Assembly: GCA_036563615.1 (NCBI GenBank)
Contig: DATCMB010000010.1
Span: 7,516 to 71,515, forward strand
Length of the DNA: 64,000 bases
Source of the DNA: Candidatus Binatia bacterium
Lineage (GTDB): Bacteria; Desulfobacterota; Binatia; UBA12015
Reading direction: 5' to 3'
A program made the translations under genes and the position numbers. Numbering within the stretch: the first letter of the stretch is position 1; each line of letters opens with the position of its first letter. Shown piece by piece: positions 18,235 through 33,458 of the stretch. A model generated the notes under the pieces. That model searched no databases, was not told where the DNA came from, and saw only the letters and a program-made list of their open reading frames with translations.

Positions 18235-19001
18235 CGGGACGCGACGACGACTCGCGATCGCGTCGGCTGCACGCCGCGCTGACGCAGCAGGTACTCCTGC
18301 CGGAAGCGGAACACCCGCTGCAGGTACTCGATCGTCTCCGGATACGGCGGCACGCCGCCGTAGCGCTCGACGGTCGCGGGCCCGGCGTTGTACGCGGCGA
18401 GCGCGAGCTGGATGTTGCCTCCGAAGCGGTCGATCATCTGCCGCAGGTAGTATACCCCTCCATCGAGGTTCTCCTGCGGATGAAAGGCGTCACGCACGCC
18501 GACGTCGGACGCGGTGCCCGGCATGAGCTGCATCAGGCCCTGCGCCCCGGCCGACGAGACCGCGAGGTGGTCGAAGTCGGACTCGGCGCGCACCACGGCG
18601 TGCACGAGCGCCGGCTCGACGCCGTAGCGCAGCGCCGTGTCGACGATCATCTGGGCGAGATCCTCGGGAGGCTCGCGCCACGCGGTGTTGCGGCGATTGA
18701 CGAAGGTGACGCCGCGTCGTGCCGTGCGCTTGCCGTCCTTGTCCGGCGTGTACGAGATCCGCGTCACGCGCGCCCGCTCGAGAGGGACCGGCTTGTAGCG
18801 GCTGTCGTTCGGCACGTTGGTGAAGTGCACCACGCCGCGCCGATCGCGGAACGAGTACACCTCCGCCGCTGCCGTACCCACGAGCAGCACGCCGAGGACC
18901 GTCGCCGCGAGCGCGCCGCACGCGCACGCCGCACGGACCCCCCGCAAACCTGCCGCACCCCTCCGGTGCGCGACGATCCTGCTTCCCCCAAGCTGGGTCA
19001 T
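18231..19001 (-). CDS. Lytic transglycosylase domain protein (SLT family), secreted
   Basis: SLT motifs ESDFDHLAVSSAGAQGLMQLMP and AYNAG. An ATG at 19001 with a GGAGG Shine-Dalgarno sequence 9 nt upstream gives an N-terminal signal peptide. The stop overlaps the pgsA start (ATGA). Confidence 0.8.
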   Translation of the reverse strand: MTQLGGSRIVAHRRGAAGLRGVRAACACGALAATVLGVLLVGTAAAEVYSFRDRRGVVHFTNVPNDSRYKPVPLERARVTRISYTPDKDGKRTARRGVTFVNRRNTAWREPPEDLAQMIVDTALRYGVEPALVHAVVRAESDFDHLAVSSAGAQGLMQLMPGTASDVGVRDAFHPQENLDGGVYYLRQMIDRFGGNIQLALAAYNAGPATVERYGGVPPYPETIEYLQRVFRFRQEYLLRQRGVQPTRSRVVVASR

Positions 19002-19332
19002 CGGCCCAACCCTCCTATGGGGGAAGCGTCCGACGGTCAAACCGGAAACGACCGAGAGCGCGGGACGGCTTTCCCTTTCACCGGCGACGCTCGATGCGTA
19101 CGCTTCGCGAGCGCCGCACGAGCCACTTGCCGCCTGCGGGCCCCGCGCCCTAGTCTCCCGATGGTGACGCTGCTTCCCCCTCACACCGCCTCCACCTCAT
19201 GGCCCGCGATCCCCCCGCGGCCGGCCGGAAGGATAGCCGATCGCGCGCGACGCGCCTACCCCCCTTCGGCCCAACGATGCCGCACGGCGGCTGCCGCGCC
19301 GAGCGCGACGCCGCCGACCGCCGGGCTCTGAC

Positions 19333-20958
19333 GTGGAATTCGACTTCCTGGTTATCGGAAGCGGCATCGCGGGCCTTAGCTTCGCGCTCGAGGCGGCGCG
19401 CAGCGGCACCGTCGGCGTCGTGACCAAGGACCGCGTCCCCGAGGCGTCGAGCAGCTACGCCCAGGGCGGCATCGCGAGCGTCTGGAGCCCGGAGGACTCG
19501 TTCGCCGCCCACGCCGCCGACACCGAGGAGGCCGGCGCCGGGCTGTGCGACCCCGAGATCGTCCGGCTGGTCGTCGAGGAGGGGCCGGAGCGGGTGCGCG
19601 AGATGATCGCGCTCGGGACGCGCTTCTCGCTACGTCCGGACGCCGAGGACGTCTACGACGTCGACCTCGGGCTCGAGGGCGGGCACTCGCAGCGCCGCAT
19701 CCTGCACGCGCTCGACGCGACCGGACGCGAGATGATGCGCGCCCTGCTCGAGGCGGTGGGCAAGAACCCGTCGATCCGGATCCTCGAGCGGCACATGGCG
19801 GTCGACCTGCTGCTCGGCTCGAAGTTCGGCGTGCCGGGTCCCGAGCACTGCTGGGGCGCGTACGTGCTCGACGTCGCGTCCGGCGAGGTGCGGACGATCC
19901 GCGCTCGCGCGACGCTGCTCGCGACCGGCGGCGCGGGGAAGGTCTACCTCTACACGAGCAATCCCGACGTCGCGACGGGCGACGGCGTCGCGATCGCGTA
20001 CCGCGCCGGCGCGCCGATCGCGAACATGGAGTTCATCCAGTTCCACCCGACCTGCCTCTACCACCCGCAGGCGAAGTCGTTCCTGATCAGCGAGACCGTG
20101 CGCGGCGAGGGCGGCATCCTGAAGCGTCCGGACGGCACGCCGTTCATGAAGGCGTACGATCCGCGGGCCGAGCTCGCGCCGCGCGACGTCGTGGCGCGCG
20201 CGATCGACCACGAGATGAAGCTGCACGGCTTCGACAACGTGTACCTCGACATCTCGCATCGCCCGGCGGAGTTCCTCGAGAAGCGCTTTCCGACCATCCT
20301 CGCGCGCTGCCGCTCGTACGGGATCGATCCCGTGCGCGAGCCGATCCCGGTCGTGCCCGCGGCGCACTACACGTGCGGCGGCGTCGTCACCGACCGCGAC
20401 GGGCGCACCTCGATTTCTGGCCTTTACGCGGCGGGCGAGGTCGCGATGACCGGTCTGCACGGCGCGAACCGCCTCGCCTCGAACTCGCTGCTCGAGGGCC
20501 TGGTGTTCGGTCGGCGCGCCGCGCTCGACGCCGTGCGCCGCCTGCCCGCCGAGCGCCCTCGCCTGCCCGACCTGCCGGCGTGGAACCCCGGCCGCGCGCG
20601 CGACACCGACGAGTCCGTGCTGATCAGCCAGAACTGGGACGAGATCCGCCGCTTCATGTGGAACTACGTCGGCATCGTGCGCAGCGACCAGCGCCTGGCC
20701 CGCGCGCGCGCGCGCATCGACCTCGTGCTCGAGGAGATCGAGCGCGACTACTGGGACTTCCTGCCGACGCTCGACCTGCTCGAGCTGCGCAACATCGCGA
20801 CGGTCGCAGACCTGATCATCGCCTCGGCGAGCTACCGGCGCGAGAGCCGCGGGCTGCACTTCAACCTCGACTGCCCGCAGCGCGACGACGTGCACTGGAA
20901 GCGCAACACGGTGCTCGTGCGCGATCCAGAGACGCACCGACCGCGGCCGGTGACGTAG
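19333..20958 (+). CDS. nadB: L-aspartate oxidase
   Basis: FAD-binding N-terminus DFLVIGSGIAGL, and succinate dehydrogenase/fumarate reductase flavoprotein-like fold with RESRG. GTG start. Confidence 0.9.
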   Translation: MEFDFLVIGSGIAGLSFALEAARSGTVGVVTKDRVPEASSSYAQGGIASVWSPEDSFAAHAADTEEAGAGLCDPEIVRLVVEEGPERVREMIALGTRFSLRPDAEDVYDVDLGLEGGHSQRRILHALDATGREMMRALLEAVGKNPSIRILERHMAVDLLLGSKFGVPGPEHCWGAYVLDVASGEVRTIRARATLLATGGAGKVYLYTSNPDVATGDGVAIAYRAGAPIANMEFIQFHPTCLYHPQAKSFLISETVRGEGGILKRPDGTPFMKAYDPRAELAPRDVVARAIDHEMKLHGFDNVYLDISHRPAEFLEKRFPTILARCRSYGIDPVREPIPVVPAAHYTCGGVVTDRDGRTSISGLYAAGEVAMTGLHGANRLASNSLLEGLVFGRRAALDAVRRLPAERPRLPDLPAWNPGRARDTDESVLISQNWDEIRRFMWNYVGIVRSDQRLARARARIDLVLEEIERDYWDFLPTLDLLELRNIATVADLIIASASYRRESRGLHFNLDCPQRDDVHWKRNTVLVRDPETHRPRPVT

Positions 20959-20974
20959 CTCGCGCGGCCCGCGC

Positions 20975-22402
20975 TCAGGCTGCCGTGCGCGGCGCCGCGT
21001 CGAACAGCTGCAGCTGGCGCGGCTCGGGCTCGGAGTTGACCTCGGTCGGGTAGCGGCCGGTGAAGCAGGCGTCGCAGAAGTCGCGCTCGCCGCCCTCGAG
21101 GAACGCGTAGAGCCCCGACTCGCTCAGGTAGCCCAGCGAGTCGGCGCCGATGAACTTGCAGATCTCGTCGACCGACTGCGAGGCGCCGATCAGCTCCTCG
21201 CGGGTCGGCGTGTCGATGCCGTAGTAGCAGGGGCTGATCGTCGGCGGCGAGCAGATGCGCATGTGCACCTCCTTCGCCCCTGCCCCGCGCAGCATGGTGA
21301 CGATCTTCTTGCTCGTCGTGCCGCGCACGAGCGAGTCGTCGACCACCACCACGCGCTTCCCTTCGAGCAGCTCCGGCATCGCGTTGAGCTTGACGCGCAC
21401 GCCGAAGTGACGGATCGAGTCGGTCGGCTCGATGAAGGTCCGCCCGACGTAGTGGTTGCGGATCAGGCCGAGCTGGTACGGGATGCCCGACTCCTCGGCG
21501 TAGCCGATCGCCGCCGGCACCCCGGAGTCCGGCACCGGCGTGACGATGTCCGCGTCGACGTGGGTCTCGCGCGCGAGCTGACGGCCGAGCTCACGCCGCA
21601 CCTGGTACACCGTGCGTCCGAACACGCGGCTGTCGGGCCGCGCGAAGTAGACGTACTCGAACACGCAGCGACGGTGCGGCACGGGCGGGAACGGGTGGTA
21701 CGACTGCACGCCGTTCTCGTCGATCACCACGATCTCGCCGGGCTCGATCTCGCGCTCGTAGGTCGCGTTGATCAGGTCGAGCGCGCAGGTCTCGGAGACC
21801 ACGACCCAGGCGTCCTTGACGCGTCCGAGGACGAGCGGCCGGAAGCCGAGCGGATCGCGCGCCGCGACGAGCTGGTCCTTCGACAGAAACACCAGCGAGT
21901 AGGCGCCGCGCACCTCGCTCAGCGCCGAGATCACGCGGTCGATCAGCGGGCCGCTCGCCTGCGCGATCAGGTGGATCACCACCTCGGTGTCGGAGGTCGA
22001 CTGGAAGATCGACCCCGACGCCTCGAGCCGGCGCCGCAGCTCGTTGGCGTTCACCAGGTTGCCGTTGTGCGCGACCGCGAGCGCGCCGCCCGCGTACTCG
22101 ACGACCAGCGGCTGCGCGTTCTTGAGCACGGTCTCGCCGTGCGTCGCGTAGCGGTTGTGACCGATCGCCGCCGTGCCGACCAGGCGGTGGATGATCTCGG
22201 GGTGGAAGATGTCGGCGACGAGACCGAGGCCGCGGTGCGAGATCAGCGCGTCGCCGCGCGAGGAGACGATGCCCGCGGACTCCTGACCGCGGTGCTGCAG
22301 CGCGTACAGCGCGAGGTAGGCGAGGTTCGCCGCCTCCGGGTGGCCGTACACGCCGACCACGCCGCACTCTTCATGGAAGCGATCGGCGTCGGGTGAGAAC
22401 AT
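20975..22402 (-). CDS. purF: Amidophosphoribosyltransferase
   Basis: N-terminal Cys nucleophile CGVVGV, PRTase motif [14 protein letters not shown], and Fe-S Cys cluster at the C-terminus. Confidence 0.95.
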   Translation of the reverse strand: MFSPDADRFHEECGVVGVYGHPEAANLAYLALYALQHRGQESAGIVSSRGDALISHRGLGLVADIFHPEIIHRLVGTAAIGHNRYATHGETVLKNAQPLVVEYAGGALAVAHNGNLVNANELRRRLEASGSIFQSTSDTEVVIHLIAQASGPLIDRVISALSEVRGAYSLVFLSKDQLVAARDPLGFRPLVLGRVKDAWVVVSETCALDLINATYEREIEPGEIVVIDENGVQSYHPFPPVPHRRCVFEYVYFARPDSRVFGRTVYQVRRELGRQLARETHVDADIVTPVPDSGVPAAIGYAEESGIPYQLGLIRNHYVGRTFIEPTDSIRHFGVRVKLNAMPELLEGKRVVVVDDSLVRGTTSKKIVTMLRGAGAKEVHMRICSPPTISPCYYGIDTPTREELIGASQSVDEICKFIGADSLGYLSESGLYAFLEGGERDFCDACFTGRYPTEVNSEPEPRQLQLFDAAPRTAA

Positions 22403-22403
22403 C

Positions 22404-24614
<2,211 letters not shown>

Positions 24615-24618
24615 CGTG

Positions 24619-25386
24619 TCACCGCATGGAATCGACCGCCGCGCGCTGACCCAGATCGGCGATCCAGCCGGCGATCGATTGAAAGACGCGCAGCCCGTCG
24701 GGCACGCCGGCGTCCGGCCAGGAGACCTCGCGCAGGCTCGGATCGGCGCCGTGCTCGGGGTGCGGCATCATGCCGAAGACGTTGCGCGTCGCGTTCATCA
24801 CGCCCGCGATGTCGCGCATCGAGCCGTTTGGGTTGTAGTCGGACGCGTCCTCGCCCTCGCGTGCGCGCGAGCCGTCGGGTCGGCAGTAGCGCAGCAGCAC
24901 CTGGCCGTCGCGCTCGAGCTGGTCGAGCGTCGCCTCGTCGGCGACGTAGCAGCCCTCCCCGTGCTTGACCGGGATCCGCCAGACGTCGCCGACCAGCGCC
25001 CGATTGACGAACGGGTTGGCGACGCTCTCGACCCGCAGCGTCGCCTCGCGACAGATGAAGGACAGCGTGCGGTTGCGCACCAGCGCGCCCGGCAGGAGCC
25101 CCGCCTCGCACAGCACCTGGAAGCCGTTGCAGATGCCGAGCACGAGACCGCCGTGCGCCGCGAAGTCGGTGATCGCGGCCATCACCGCCGAGAAGCGTGC
25201 GATCGCGCCGCAGCGCAGGTAGTCGCCGTACGAGAAGCCGCCCGGCAGGATGACGCAGTCGACGTTCGCTAGATCCGAGCTCTTGTGCCACAGCGGCACG
25301 GCCTCGTGACCGAGAACGTTGCGCAGCACGTGCAGCGTCCCGAGGTCATCGTTCGAGCCCGGGAAGCTGACGACGCCCCACTTCAC
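24619..25386 (-). CDS. purQ: Phosphoribosylformylglycinamidine synthase subunit PurQ (glutaminase)
   Basis: The GTG start ([13 protein letters not shown]) sits 6 nt after GGAG and overlaps the purS stop (GTGA). The ORF track's upstream extension of 29 codons was rejected. Class-I glutamine amidotransferase triad context (ICNGFQ). Confidence 0.9.
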   Translation of the reverse strand: MKWGVVSFPGSNDDLGTLHVLRNVLGHEAVPLWHKSSDLANVDCVILPGGFSYGDYLRCGAIARFSAVMAAITDFAAHGGLVLGICNGFQVLCEAGLLPGALVRNRTLSFICREATLRVESVANPFVNRALVGDVWRIPVKHGEGCYVADEATLDQLERDGQVLLRYCRPDGSRAREGEDASDYNPNGSMRDIAGVMNATRNVFGMMPHPEHGADPSLREVSWPDAGVPDGLRVFQSIAGWIADLGQRAAVDSMR

Positions 25387-25658
25387 GCGTCGCGCTCCGA
25401 GTGCCCGTTGGCCTCGTGGTCGATCTCGAAGCGGTAGTCCTCGATGACGCCGTTCGCGAGGAGCCGCTCGCACATCGCGCGCACGCGCTCCTCGGGCTGA
25501 CCGTTCGCCTGCGCCGGGTCGAGGCGGAGCTCGAGATACTTGCCCATCCGCACGTCGGTGACCTCGCCGAAGCCGAGCGCGTGCAACGACGACGAGATCG
25601 CTCGGCCTTGTGGATCGAGCACCCCCTTCTTGGGAGTGATGAACACTCGCGCGATCAC
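25383..25658 (-). CDS. purS: Phosphoribosylformylglycinamidine synthase subunit PurS
   Basis: 91-aa PurS: MIARVFITPKKGVLDPQG. Confidence 0.9.
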   Translation of the reverse strand: MIARVFITPKKGVLDPQGRAISSSLHALGFGEVTDVRMGKYLELRLDPAQANGQPEERVRAMCERLLANGVIEDYRFEIDHEANGHSERDA

Positions 25659-26374
25659 GTGACGATGCGTCTATACACTTCCTGGTACGCTTCCTCCACC
25701 CTACCGAGGTCGCGCCGGAAGCGATCCTTGTCGAGCCGCTCGCGCGTCGCCGTGTCCCAGAGGCGGCACGTGTCGGGACAGATCTCGTCGCCGAGCAGGA
25801 TCGCGCCGTCGGCGGTGGAGACGCCGTACTCGAGCTTGAAATCCACGAGCGTGAGATTGCGCTCGGCGAGGAACGGCTGCAGGACGGCGTTGACGCGCAG
25901 GCTCGTCGCGACGACCGTGTCGAGCTCCTCGCGGCTCGCCATGCCGAGCACGGTGACGTGAAAGTCGTTGATCATCGGATCCCCGAGCGCGTCGTTCTTG
26001 TAGTACAGCTCGACGATCGGCGACGGCAGCTCCCTGCCCTCCTCGAGCCCGAGGCGCTGCGCGAGGCTGCCCGCGACCACGTTGCGCACGACGACCTCGA
26101 CGGGGAAGATCCGCAGCCGCCGCACGAGCATCTCGCGGTCGGAGAGCCGCTCGACAAAATGTGTCTTGACGCCGCTGTCCTCGAGCAGGCGGAAGAGCCG
26201 CTCGGAGATCGCGTTGTTGAGGATTCCCTTCGAGGCGATCGTGCCGCGCTTCTGCGCGTTGAAGGCGGTCGCGTCGTCCTTGAAGTACTGGACGACGAGG
26301 TTCGGGTCGTCGGTCGACCAGACCTGCTTCGCCTTGCCCTCGTAGAGCAGCTCTCTCCGCTCGACGGCCGCCAT
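25655..26374 (-). CDS. purC: Phosphoribosylaminoimidazole-succinocarboxamide synthase
   Basis: 239-aa internal ATG segment of ORF 25655..27673, YEGKAKQVW.... Its start overlaps the purB stop (TGATG), and its stop overlaps the purS start (ATGA). Confidence 0.9.
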   Translation of the reverse strand: MAAVERRELLYEGKAKQVWSTDDPNLVVQYFKDDATAFNAQKRGTIASKGILNNAISERLFRLLEDSGVKTHFVERLSDREMLVRRLRIFPVEVVVRNVVAGSLAQRLGLEEGRELPSPIVELYYKNDALGDPMINDFHVTVLGMASREELDTVVATSLRVNAVLQPFLAERNLTLVDFKLEYGVSTADGAILLGDEICPDTCRLWDTATRERLDKDRFRRDLGRVEEAYQEVYRRIVT

Positions 26375-27711
26375 CACGCGACCTCGAGGAGCGGCGGCGC
26401 CGGCGGCAGCTCCGGCCGCACCGCGAGCGCGCGCTCGACGATCTCGCCCGTGTGCGCGAGCGCGCGCCCGGGGTCGAAGGCCTTGTCGATCTGCTCGGAC
26501 GAGAGCACGCGCTTCACGTCCGGATCGGCGGCGATCAGCTCGCGGAACGAGCCCTTGCCGTCGCGGGCCGCGAACGCGCAGCGCTGCACCCAGCGATAGC
26601 CCTCCTCGCGCGCGACGCCGGCGTGGACCAGCGCGAGGAGCACGCTCTCGGAGTACACGAGATCGCCAGAGACCGCCGCGTTGGCCGCCATGCGCTCGGG
26701 GTAGACGACCAGGTTGGTGAGGATGCCCGTCAGGCGCACGAGCATGAAGTCGAGCACGATGTTCGCGTCGGGCGCGATCACGCGCTCGACCGACGAGTGG
26801 CTGATGTCGCGCTCGTGCCACAGCGCGACGTTCTCGAGCGAGCTCAGCGCGTAGCCGCGCACCAGGCGCGCGAGCCCGCAGAGGTTCTCCGCCATCCACG
26901 GGTTGCGCTTGTGCGGCATCGCCGACGAGCCCTTCTGCCCCTGCGTGAACGGCTCCTCGGCCTCGAGCACCTCGGTACGCTGCAGGTGGCGCAGCTCGGT
27001 CGCGATGCGCTCGATCGACGCGGCGATCAGCGCGAGCGTTCCGAAGTAGGCGGCGTGCCGGTCGCGCGGCACGACCTGCGTCGCGACCGGCTCGGGCGTG
27101 AGCCCGAGCTTGCCCAGCACCTCGGCCTCGACCTCGGGCAGCATGTGCGCGTACGTCCCGACCGCGCCCGACAGCTTTCCGGTCGCGATCTCGCGCGCCG
27201 CCGTGCGCAGGCGCTCGAAGCCGCGGCACAGCTCGGCGTACCAGCTCGCGACCTTGACCCCGAAGGTGATCGGCTCGGCGTGCACGCCGTGCGTGCGGCC
27301 GATCATCGGCGTGTCGCGGTAGCGCTCGGCGAGCCCGCGCACGGCGACCAGCAGAGCGTCGAGGTCGCGCAGCAGCAGGTACGCCGCGTGGCTCAGCTGC
27401 ACGGCGAACGCGGTGTCGATGACGTCGGACGAGGTGAGCCCGAGGTGCAGCCAGCGTCCCGCCGGGCCGACGCTCTCCGCGGCCGCGGTGACGAACGCGA
27501 TCACGTCGTGCTTGACCTCGGCCTCGATCTCGGCGACCCGCGCCGGGTCGACCTTCGCGCGCGCGCGGATCTCCCGCACCGCGTCCTCGGGAATCTTGCC
27601 GCGGCGCGCGAGCGCCTCGCAGACCAGAACCTCGATCTCGAGCCAGATCGAAAGACGGTGCGCGTCCGTCCACAGACGCGCCATCTCCGGGCGCGTGTAC
27701 CGCGCGATCAT
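26374..27711 (-). CDS. purB: Adenylosuccinate lyase
   Basis: The fumarate-lyase signature [11 protein letters not shown] is present. [17 protein letters not shown] was chosen; the ORF track extends 40 codons upstream. The start overlaps the dut stop. Confidence 0.9.
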   Translation of the reverse strand: MIARYTRPEMARLWTDAHRLSIWLEIEVLVCEALARRGKIPEDAVREIRARAKVDPARVAEIEAEVKHDVIAFVTAAAESVGPAGRWLHLGLTSSDVIDTAFAVQLSHAAYLLLRDLDALLVAVRGLAERYRDTPMIGRTHGVHAEPITFGVKVASWYAELCRGFERLRTAAREIATGKLSGAVGTYAHMLPEVEAEVLGKLGLTPEPVATQVVPRDRHAAYFGTLALIAASIERIATELRHLQRTEVLEAEEPFTQGQKGSSAMPHKRNPWMAENLCGLARLVRGYALSSLENVALWHERDISHSSVERVIAPDANIVLDFMLVRLTGILTNLVVYPERMAANAAVSGDLVYSESVLLALVHAGVAREEGYRWVQRCAFAARDGKGSFRELIAADPDVKRVLSSEQIDKAFDPGRALAHTGEIVERALAVRPELPPAPPLLEVA

Positions 27712-28226
27712 CGCTCCTCCCCGCGACCGCCCACAGCGTCTGCGCCGGCGCCCGTGTGGCCGAACCCGCCGGCGCCGCGACGCGTCCACAGCGCGTCGCC
27801 CTCGGCGGGCGCTTGCTCCAGGAGCTGCCACTCGGCGCGCGCGACCGGCGCGACCACGAGCTGCGCCACGCGGTCGCCCGGTCGAATCGTGCGCGGCTCG
27901 TTGCTCAGGTTCACGACAATGAGCTGGATCTCGCCCCGGTAGTCCGAGTCGATCGTGCCCGGCGTGTTCAGCAGGCTGAGCCCCTCGCGCAGGGCGAGGC
28001 CGCTGCGCGGGCGGATCTGCGCCTCGAAGCCCTCGGGCAGCGCGATCGCGAGCCCGGTGGGCACGAGCTTGCGCTCGAGCGGCGCCAGCGTGACGGGCGC
28101 GTCGAGGTCCGCGGCGAGGTCGCAGCCTGCGGCGCCGGGCGTCATGTAGCGCGGCAGCGGTGCGTCGCCGCCGCGCGGTCGCCAGATCGCGACCCGCACT
28201 GCCGTGCCAGCCCCTGCTCCGACCAT
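27708..28226 (-). CDS. dut: dUTP diphosphatase
   Basis: dUTPase motifs [20 protein letters not shown], and GGFGHTG. Confidence 0.9.
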   Translation of the reverse strand: MVGAGAGTAVRVAIWRPRGGDAPLPRYMTPGAAGCDLAADLDAPVTLAPLERKLVPTGLAIALPEGFEAQIRPRSGLALREGLSLLNTPGTIDSDYRGEIQLIVVNLSNEPRTIRPGDRVAQLVVAPVARAEWQLLEQAPAEGDALWTRRGAGGFGHTGAGADAVGGRGEER

Positions 28227-28248
28227 CGTCGCTCCCGGCGGGCCGCCG

Positions 28249-29529
28249 TCAGGCGGGGGCGAGCGCCGCCTCGGTCACCTTGATGCCGGTCAAATCGCCG
28301 AGCAGGGCGAGCCCGGCGCGCGCCGAGAACAGCTCGCGCGCGAGCGCCTGGACGTCCTCCTGCGTCACCCGCGAGATCGCGTCCGCGACCTCCGCCGGCT
28401 CGATGTTGCGCCCGAAGTACATCTCGTTCTTCGCGATGCGCGACATCCGGCTCTCGCTGCTCTCGAGGCTCAGCAGGATCGTGCCTTTGATCTGGCTCTT
28501 GGCGCGAGCGAGCTCGGCGGGCTCGAGGCCGTCCTGCGCGAGCTTGCGCATCTCGTTGCGCACGACGTCGATCACCTCGTCCACCGAGTCGGCGGAGAGG
28601 CCGGCGTTCACGGCGAGGTAGCCGGTGTGGTGGAAGGACGCGAGGTACGACGAGATCGTGTAGGCCTTGCCCCGCTTCTCGCGCACCTCCTGGAAGAGGC
28701 GCGAGCTCATGCCGCCGCCGAGCGCGGTGTTCATCACGTAGGCCGCGTAGCGGCGGGGGTCGGTGTGCTTGAGGCCCGGCACGCCGAGCACCATCTGCAC
28801 CTGCTCGAGCTCGCGCTCGACGAGCGTCAGGCTCGGCTTGGGCTCGGGCAGCGGCAGGTCGGGCTTGGAGCTCGTTCCCTGGAGCGAGCCGAACGCTGCG
28901 CTCACCTGATCGACGAGCCAGTCGTGATCGACCGCACCGGCCGCGCAGATCAGCACGCGGTCCGGACGGTAGCGCTCGTCGAGGAAGCGCAGGAAGTGCT
29001 CGCGGCGCATCGCGGACACCGTCTCCGCGGTGCCGGTGATCGGCAGCGAGATCGGATGCCCGGGCCAGAAGCCGCGGTCGAAGACGACGTGGACGTGATC
29101 GTCCGGCGTGTCCTCGGACTCCATGATCTCCGAGAGGATCACGCCGCGCTCGCGCTCGATCTCCTCGGCGGCGAACGTCGAGTGCAGGAACAGATCGGAG
29201 AGGACGTCGAGCGCGAGCGGCAGGTCCTCACGCAGGACCTTCGCGTAGTAGCAAGTGTACTCCTTGCTCGTGAACGCGTTGAGGACGCCGCCGACGCCGT
29301 CGATCGACTCCGCGATCTCCTTCGCGGTGCGACGCTCGGTCCCCTTGAAGAAGACGTGCTCGAGGAAGTGCGAGATGCCGTTCAGCTCGGCGGGCTCGTA
29401 GACCGAGCCGTTCTCGACCCAGATTCCGAGCGTCGCCGAGGTGAACTGCGGAACGGTCTCCGAGAGCACCCGAATCCCGTTCGGCAGGACGCTCTTGCGG
29501 ACGGTGCTCGGGTCGCCGAGGCTGGGCAC
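28249..29529 (-). CDS. M16 family zinc peptidase (pitrilysin/insulinase-like)
   Basis: Inverted zinc-binding motif [11 protein letters not shown]...E (HxxEH). GTG start with an AGGAG-containing Shine-Dalgarno sequence, located 9 nt after the pnp stop. Two-domain 426-aa M16 architecture. Confidence 0.85.
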   Translation of the reverse strand: MPSLGDPSTVRKSVLPNGIRVLSETVPQFTSATLGIWVENGSVYEPAELNGISHFLEHVFFKGTERRTAKEIAESIDGVGGVLNAFTSKEYTCYYAKVLREDLPLALDVLSDLFLHSTFAAEEIERERGVILSEIMESEDTPDDHVHVVFDRGFWPGHPISLPITGTAETVSAMRREHFLRFLDERYRPDRVLICAAGAVDHDWLVDQVSAAFGSLQGTSSKPDLPLPEPKPSLTLVERELEQVQMVLGVPGLKHTDPRRYAAYVMNTALGGGMSSRLFQEVREKRGKAYTISSYLASFHHTGYLAVNAGLSADSVDEVIDVVRNEMRKLAQDGLEPAELARAKSQIKGTILLSLESSESRMSRIAKNEMYFGRNIEPAEVADAISRVTQEDVQALARELFSARAGLALLGDLTGIKVTEAALAPA

Positions 29530-29537
29530 CCCTTCTT

Positions 29538-31634
<2,097 letters not shown>

Positions 31635-31648
31635 ACAGTTCTCCGTAC

Positions 31649-31672
31649 GTCACCGACGACCGGCGCCGGTGA
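31649..31672 (-). promoter_or_regulatory. rpsO terminator / pnp 5'-leader hairpin
   Basis: 7-bp GC-rich inverted repeat GTCACCG...CGGTGAC in the 73-nt rpsO-pnp spacer. In the rpsO-pnp arrangement this position is the RNase III-processed hairpin that autoregulates pnp. Confidence 0.5.
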
Positions 31673-31707
31673 CCAAAGCGGGAAGTTTGGCAGTGGAGAG
31701 GGGCGGC

Positions 31708-31977
31708 CTACTTGCGTAGTCCGAGCCGCTCGATGACCTGCTTGTACCGCTCTGGGGCCGTGCGCTTCAGGTAGTCGAGGAGCCGTCGCCGTTGCCCGAC
31801 CAGCATGATGAGGCCGCGCTGGGAGGCGTAATCCTTTGCGTGCTTCTTCTGATGCTCGGTCAGGTAGTTGATCCGTTCACTCAGGAGGGCGATCTGCACC
31901 TCCGAGGAGCCCGTGTCCTTCTCGTGGGACCGGAAGCTCTCGATCAACTCGCGCTTGCGTGCCGCGGCTAACGCCAC
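31708..31977 (-). CDS. rpsO: 30S ribosomal protein S15
   Basis: 89-aa segment starting at GTG with a GGAGG Shine-Dalgarno sequence 6 nt upstream. Sequence ...DTGSSEVQIALLSERINYLTEH... Confidence 0.95.
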   Translation of the reverse strand: MALAAARKRELIESFRSHEKDTGSSEVQIALLSERINYLTEHQKKHAKDYASQRGLIMLVGQRRRLLDYLKRTAPERYKQVIERLGLRK

Positions 31978-32020
31978 TGTTCTTCCTCCATTTTCGTTGC
32001 CGGGTGACCTAACACCCGTA

Positions 32021-32950
32021 TCAGGACCTGTAAAGTTCGCTTGCTTCCGGCATAACGACGCGTTTGAGCGTCCACCGACCGTCCTCAGCCTCGAGGACGG
32101 CGAGCAAGCGTCCGTTGGGTGCCAGGACCGCGGCAAGGCGTTCGCCTGGGCGCGGTGGTGCGATGCCGACGAGGGCCCCGCGCTGTCCGCTCGCGATGGC
32201 GAATGCCTGCGAGCGTCCGACCTCGACCCGGCGTGCCGAGCGCAGCGCCTCGTGCGGCGGGATCACGGGCAGATCCCCCGGCGGGCGCTCGAGCACCTCG
32301 TCGAGCGGGTGGGCCTCGTCGAGGCGGAAGTCGCCGAACTCGGTGCGCCGCAGCGAGGCGAGCGTCGCGAGCGTGCCGAGCTCGCGACCGATGTCCTCGG
32401 CGAGCACGCGGACGTACGTGCCCTTCGAGCAGGTGACCGCGAACGCGACCGTCGCGGGCTCGTCCGCCACCGGCGCGAGCTCGAGGGACACGATCTCGAT
32501 CGGACGCTCCGGGCGCTCGACCGTCACCCCGGCGCGCGCGAGCTCGTAGAGCTTCCTCCCCTTGTGCTTCACCGCCGAGTACATCGGCGGCTTCTGCATG
32601 CGCTCGCCGGTGAGCGAGCGCGCGACCTCGGCGAGGCGGTCCGCGTCGAACGTCGGCACCGGAGCTTCGGCCACCACCTGCCCTTCGAGGTCGAGCGTGT
32701 CGGTCGCGACGCCGAGGCGGATCGTCCCGGTGTAGCTCTTGCGCTCGCCGCCGAGGAACTGCGCGATCTTGGTGCCGGCGCCGATGCAGAGCGGCAGGAG
32801 CCCGGTCGCCATCGGGTCGAGCGTGCCGAGGTGGCCGATGCTGCGCAGCCGGTGCGCCCGCTTGACGTCGCGCACCACCCCGGCGGACGTCATCCCGGCT
32901 GGCTTGTCGACCAGCAGGATGCCGTCAGCGCTCGGGGTCGGTGTCGTCAT
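32021..32950 (-). CDS. truB: tRNA pseudouridine(55) synthase
   Basis: GILLVDKPAGMTS and the catalytic-Asp motif GHLGTLDPMATG. Start ambiguous: ATG at 32950 gives the canonical ~309 aa, and ATG at 33001 (ORF track) is also possible. Both overlap the rbfA 3' end. Confidence 0.85.
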   Translation of the reverse strand: MTTPTPSADGILLVDKPAGMTSAGVVRDVKRAHRLRSIGHLGTLDPMATGLLPLCIGAGTKIAQFLGGERKSYTGTIRLGVATDTLDLEGQVVAEAPVPTFDADRLAEVARSLTGERMQKPPMYSAVKHKGRKLYELARAGVTVERPERPIEIVSLELAPVADEPATVAFAVTCSKGTYVRVLAEDIGRELGTLATLASLRRTEFGDFRLDEAHPLDEVLERPPGDLPVIPPHEALRSARRVEVGRSQAFAIASGQRGALVGIAPPRPGERLAAVLAPNGRLLAVLEAEDGRWTLKRVVMPEASELYRS

Positions 32951-33458
32951 CGTGCTCGGCGTCGCCGTCGTCGCTCTCGTGGTCGTTATCGTCGTCGCCA
33001 TCGTCGTCGCGCTCGGGAACGTCCTCGCCCGCGGCCGCCCGCTCGGCCTGCTCGCGCTCCTCGCGCTCCCGCTGGATGTCGCGCAGCAGCGCGTCGACGC
33101 GCCGCGCGCTCTCGAGCTCCTTGTCGAAGGCGAAGAGCAGCTCGGGCGCGTGGCGCAGGCCGAGCTCGCCCGCGACCACGCGGCGGAAGAACGGCGACGC
33201 GCTCTCGAGACCGCGCTGCGCCTCCAGGCGGCTCCCCTCGTCCATCGCGAGCAGCGTGAACGAGATCTTCGCGAGGCGCAGGTCGTCGTTCACGTGCACG
33301 CGGGTGATGTTGACCTCCGCCACCCGAGGGTCGCGCACCTTGTAGAGCAGCAGCTCGGAGAGGATGCGCTGGATCTCGGCGGCGACGCGGTCGGCCCGGC
33401 GGACGCCGCCCGCCGCGCCGCGCGAGGGGGGCCGTCCGCCGGATCGTCTGGCGGTCAA
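32925..33458 (-). CDS. rbfA: Ribosome-binding factor A
   Basis: RbfA core [14 protein letters not shown]...[15 protein letters not shown]. The only canonical start consistent with the infB stop is a TTG overlapping that stop (TTGA). Long C-terminal D/E-rich tail. Confidence 0.75.
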   Translation of the reverse strand: MTARRSGGRPPSRGAAGGVRRADRVAAEIQRILSELLLYKVRDPRVAEVNITRVHVNDDLRLAKISFTLLAMDEGSRLEAQRGLESASPFFRRVVAGELGLRHAPELLFAFDKELESARRVDALLRDIQREREEREQAERAAAGEDVPERDDDGDDDNDHESDDGDAEHDDDTDPER

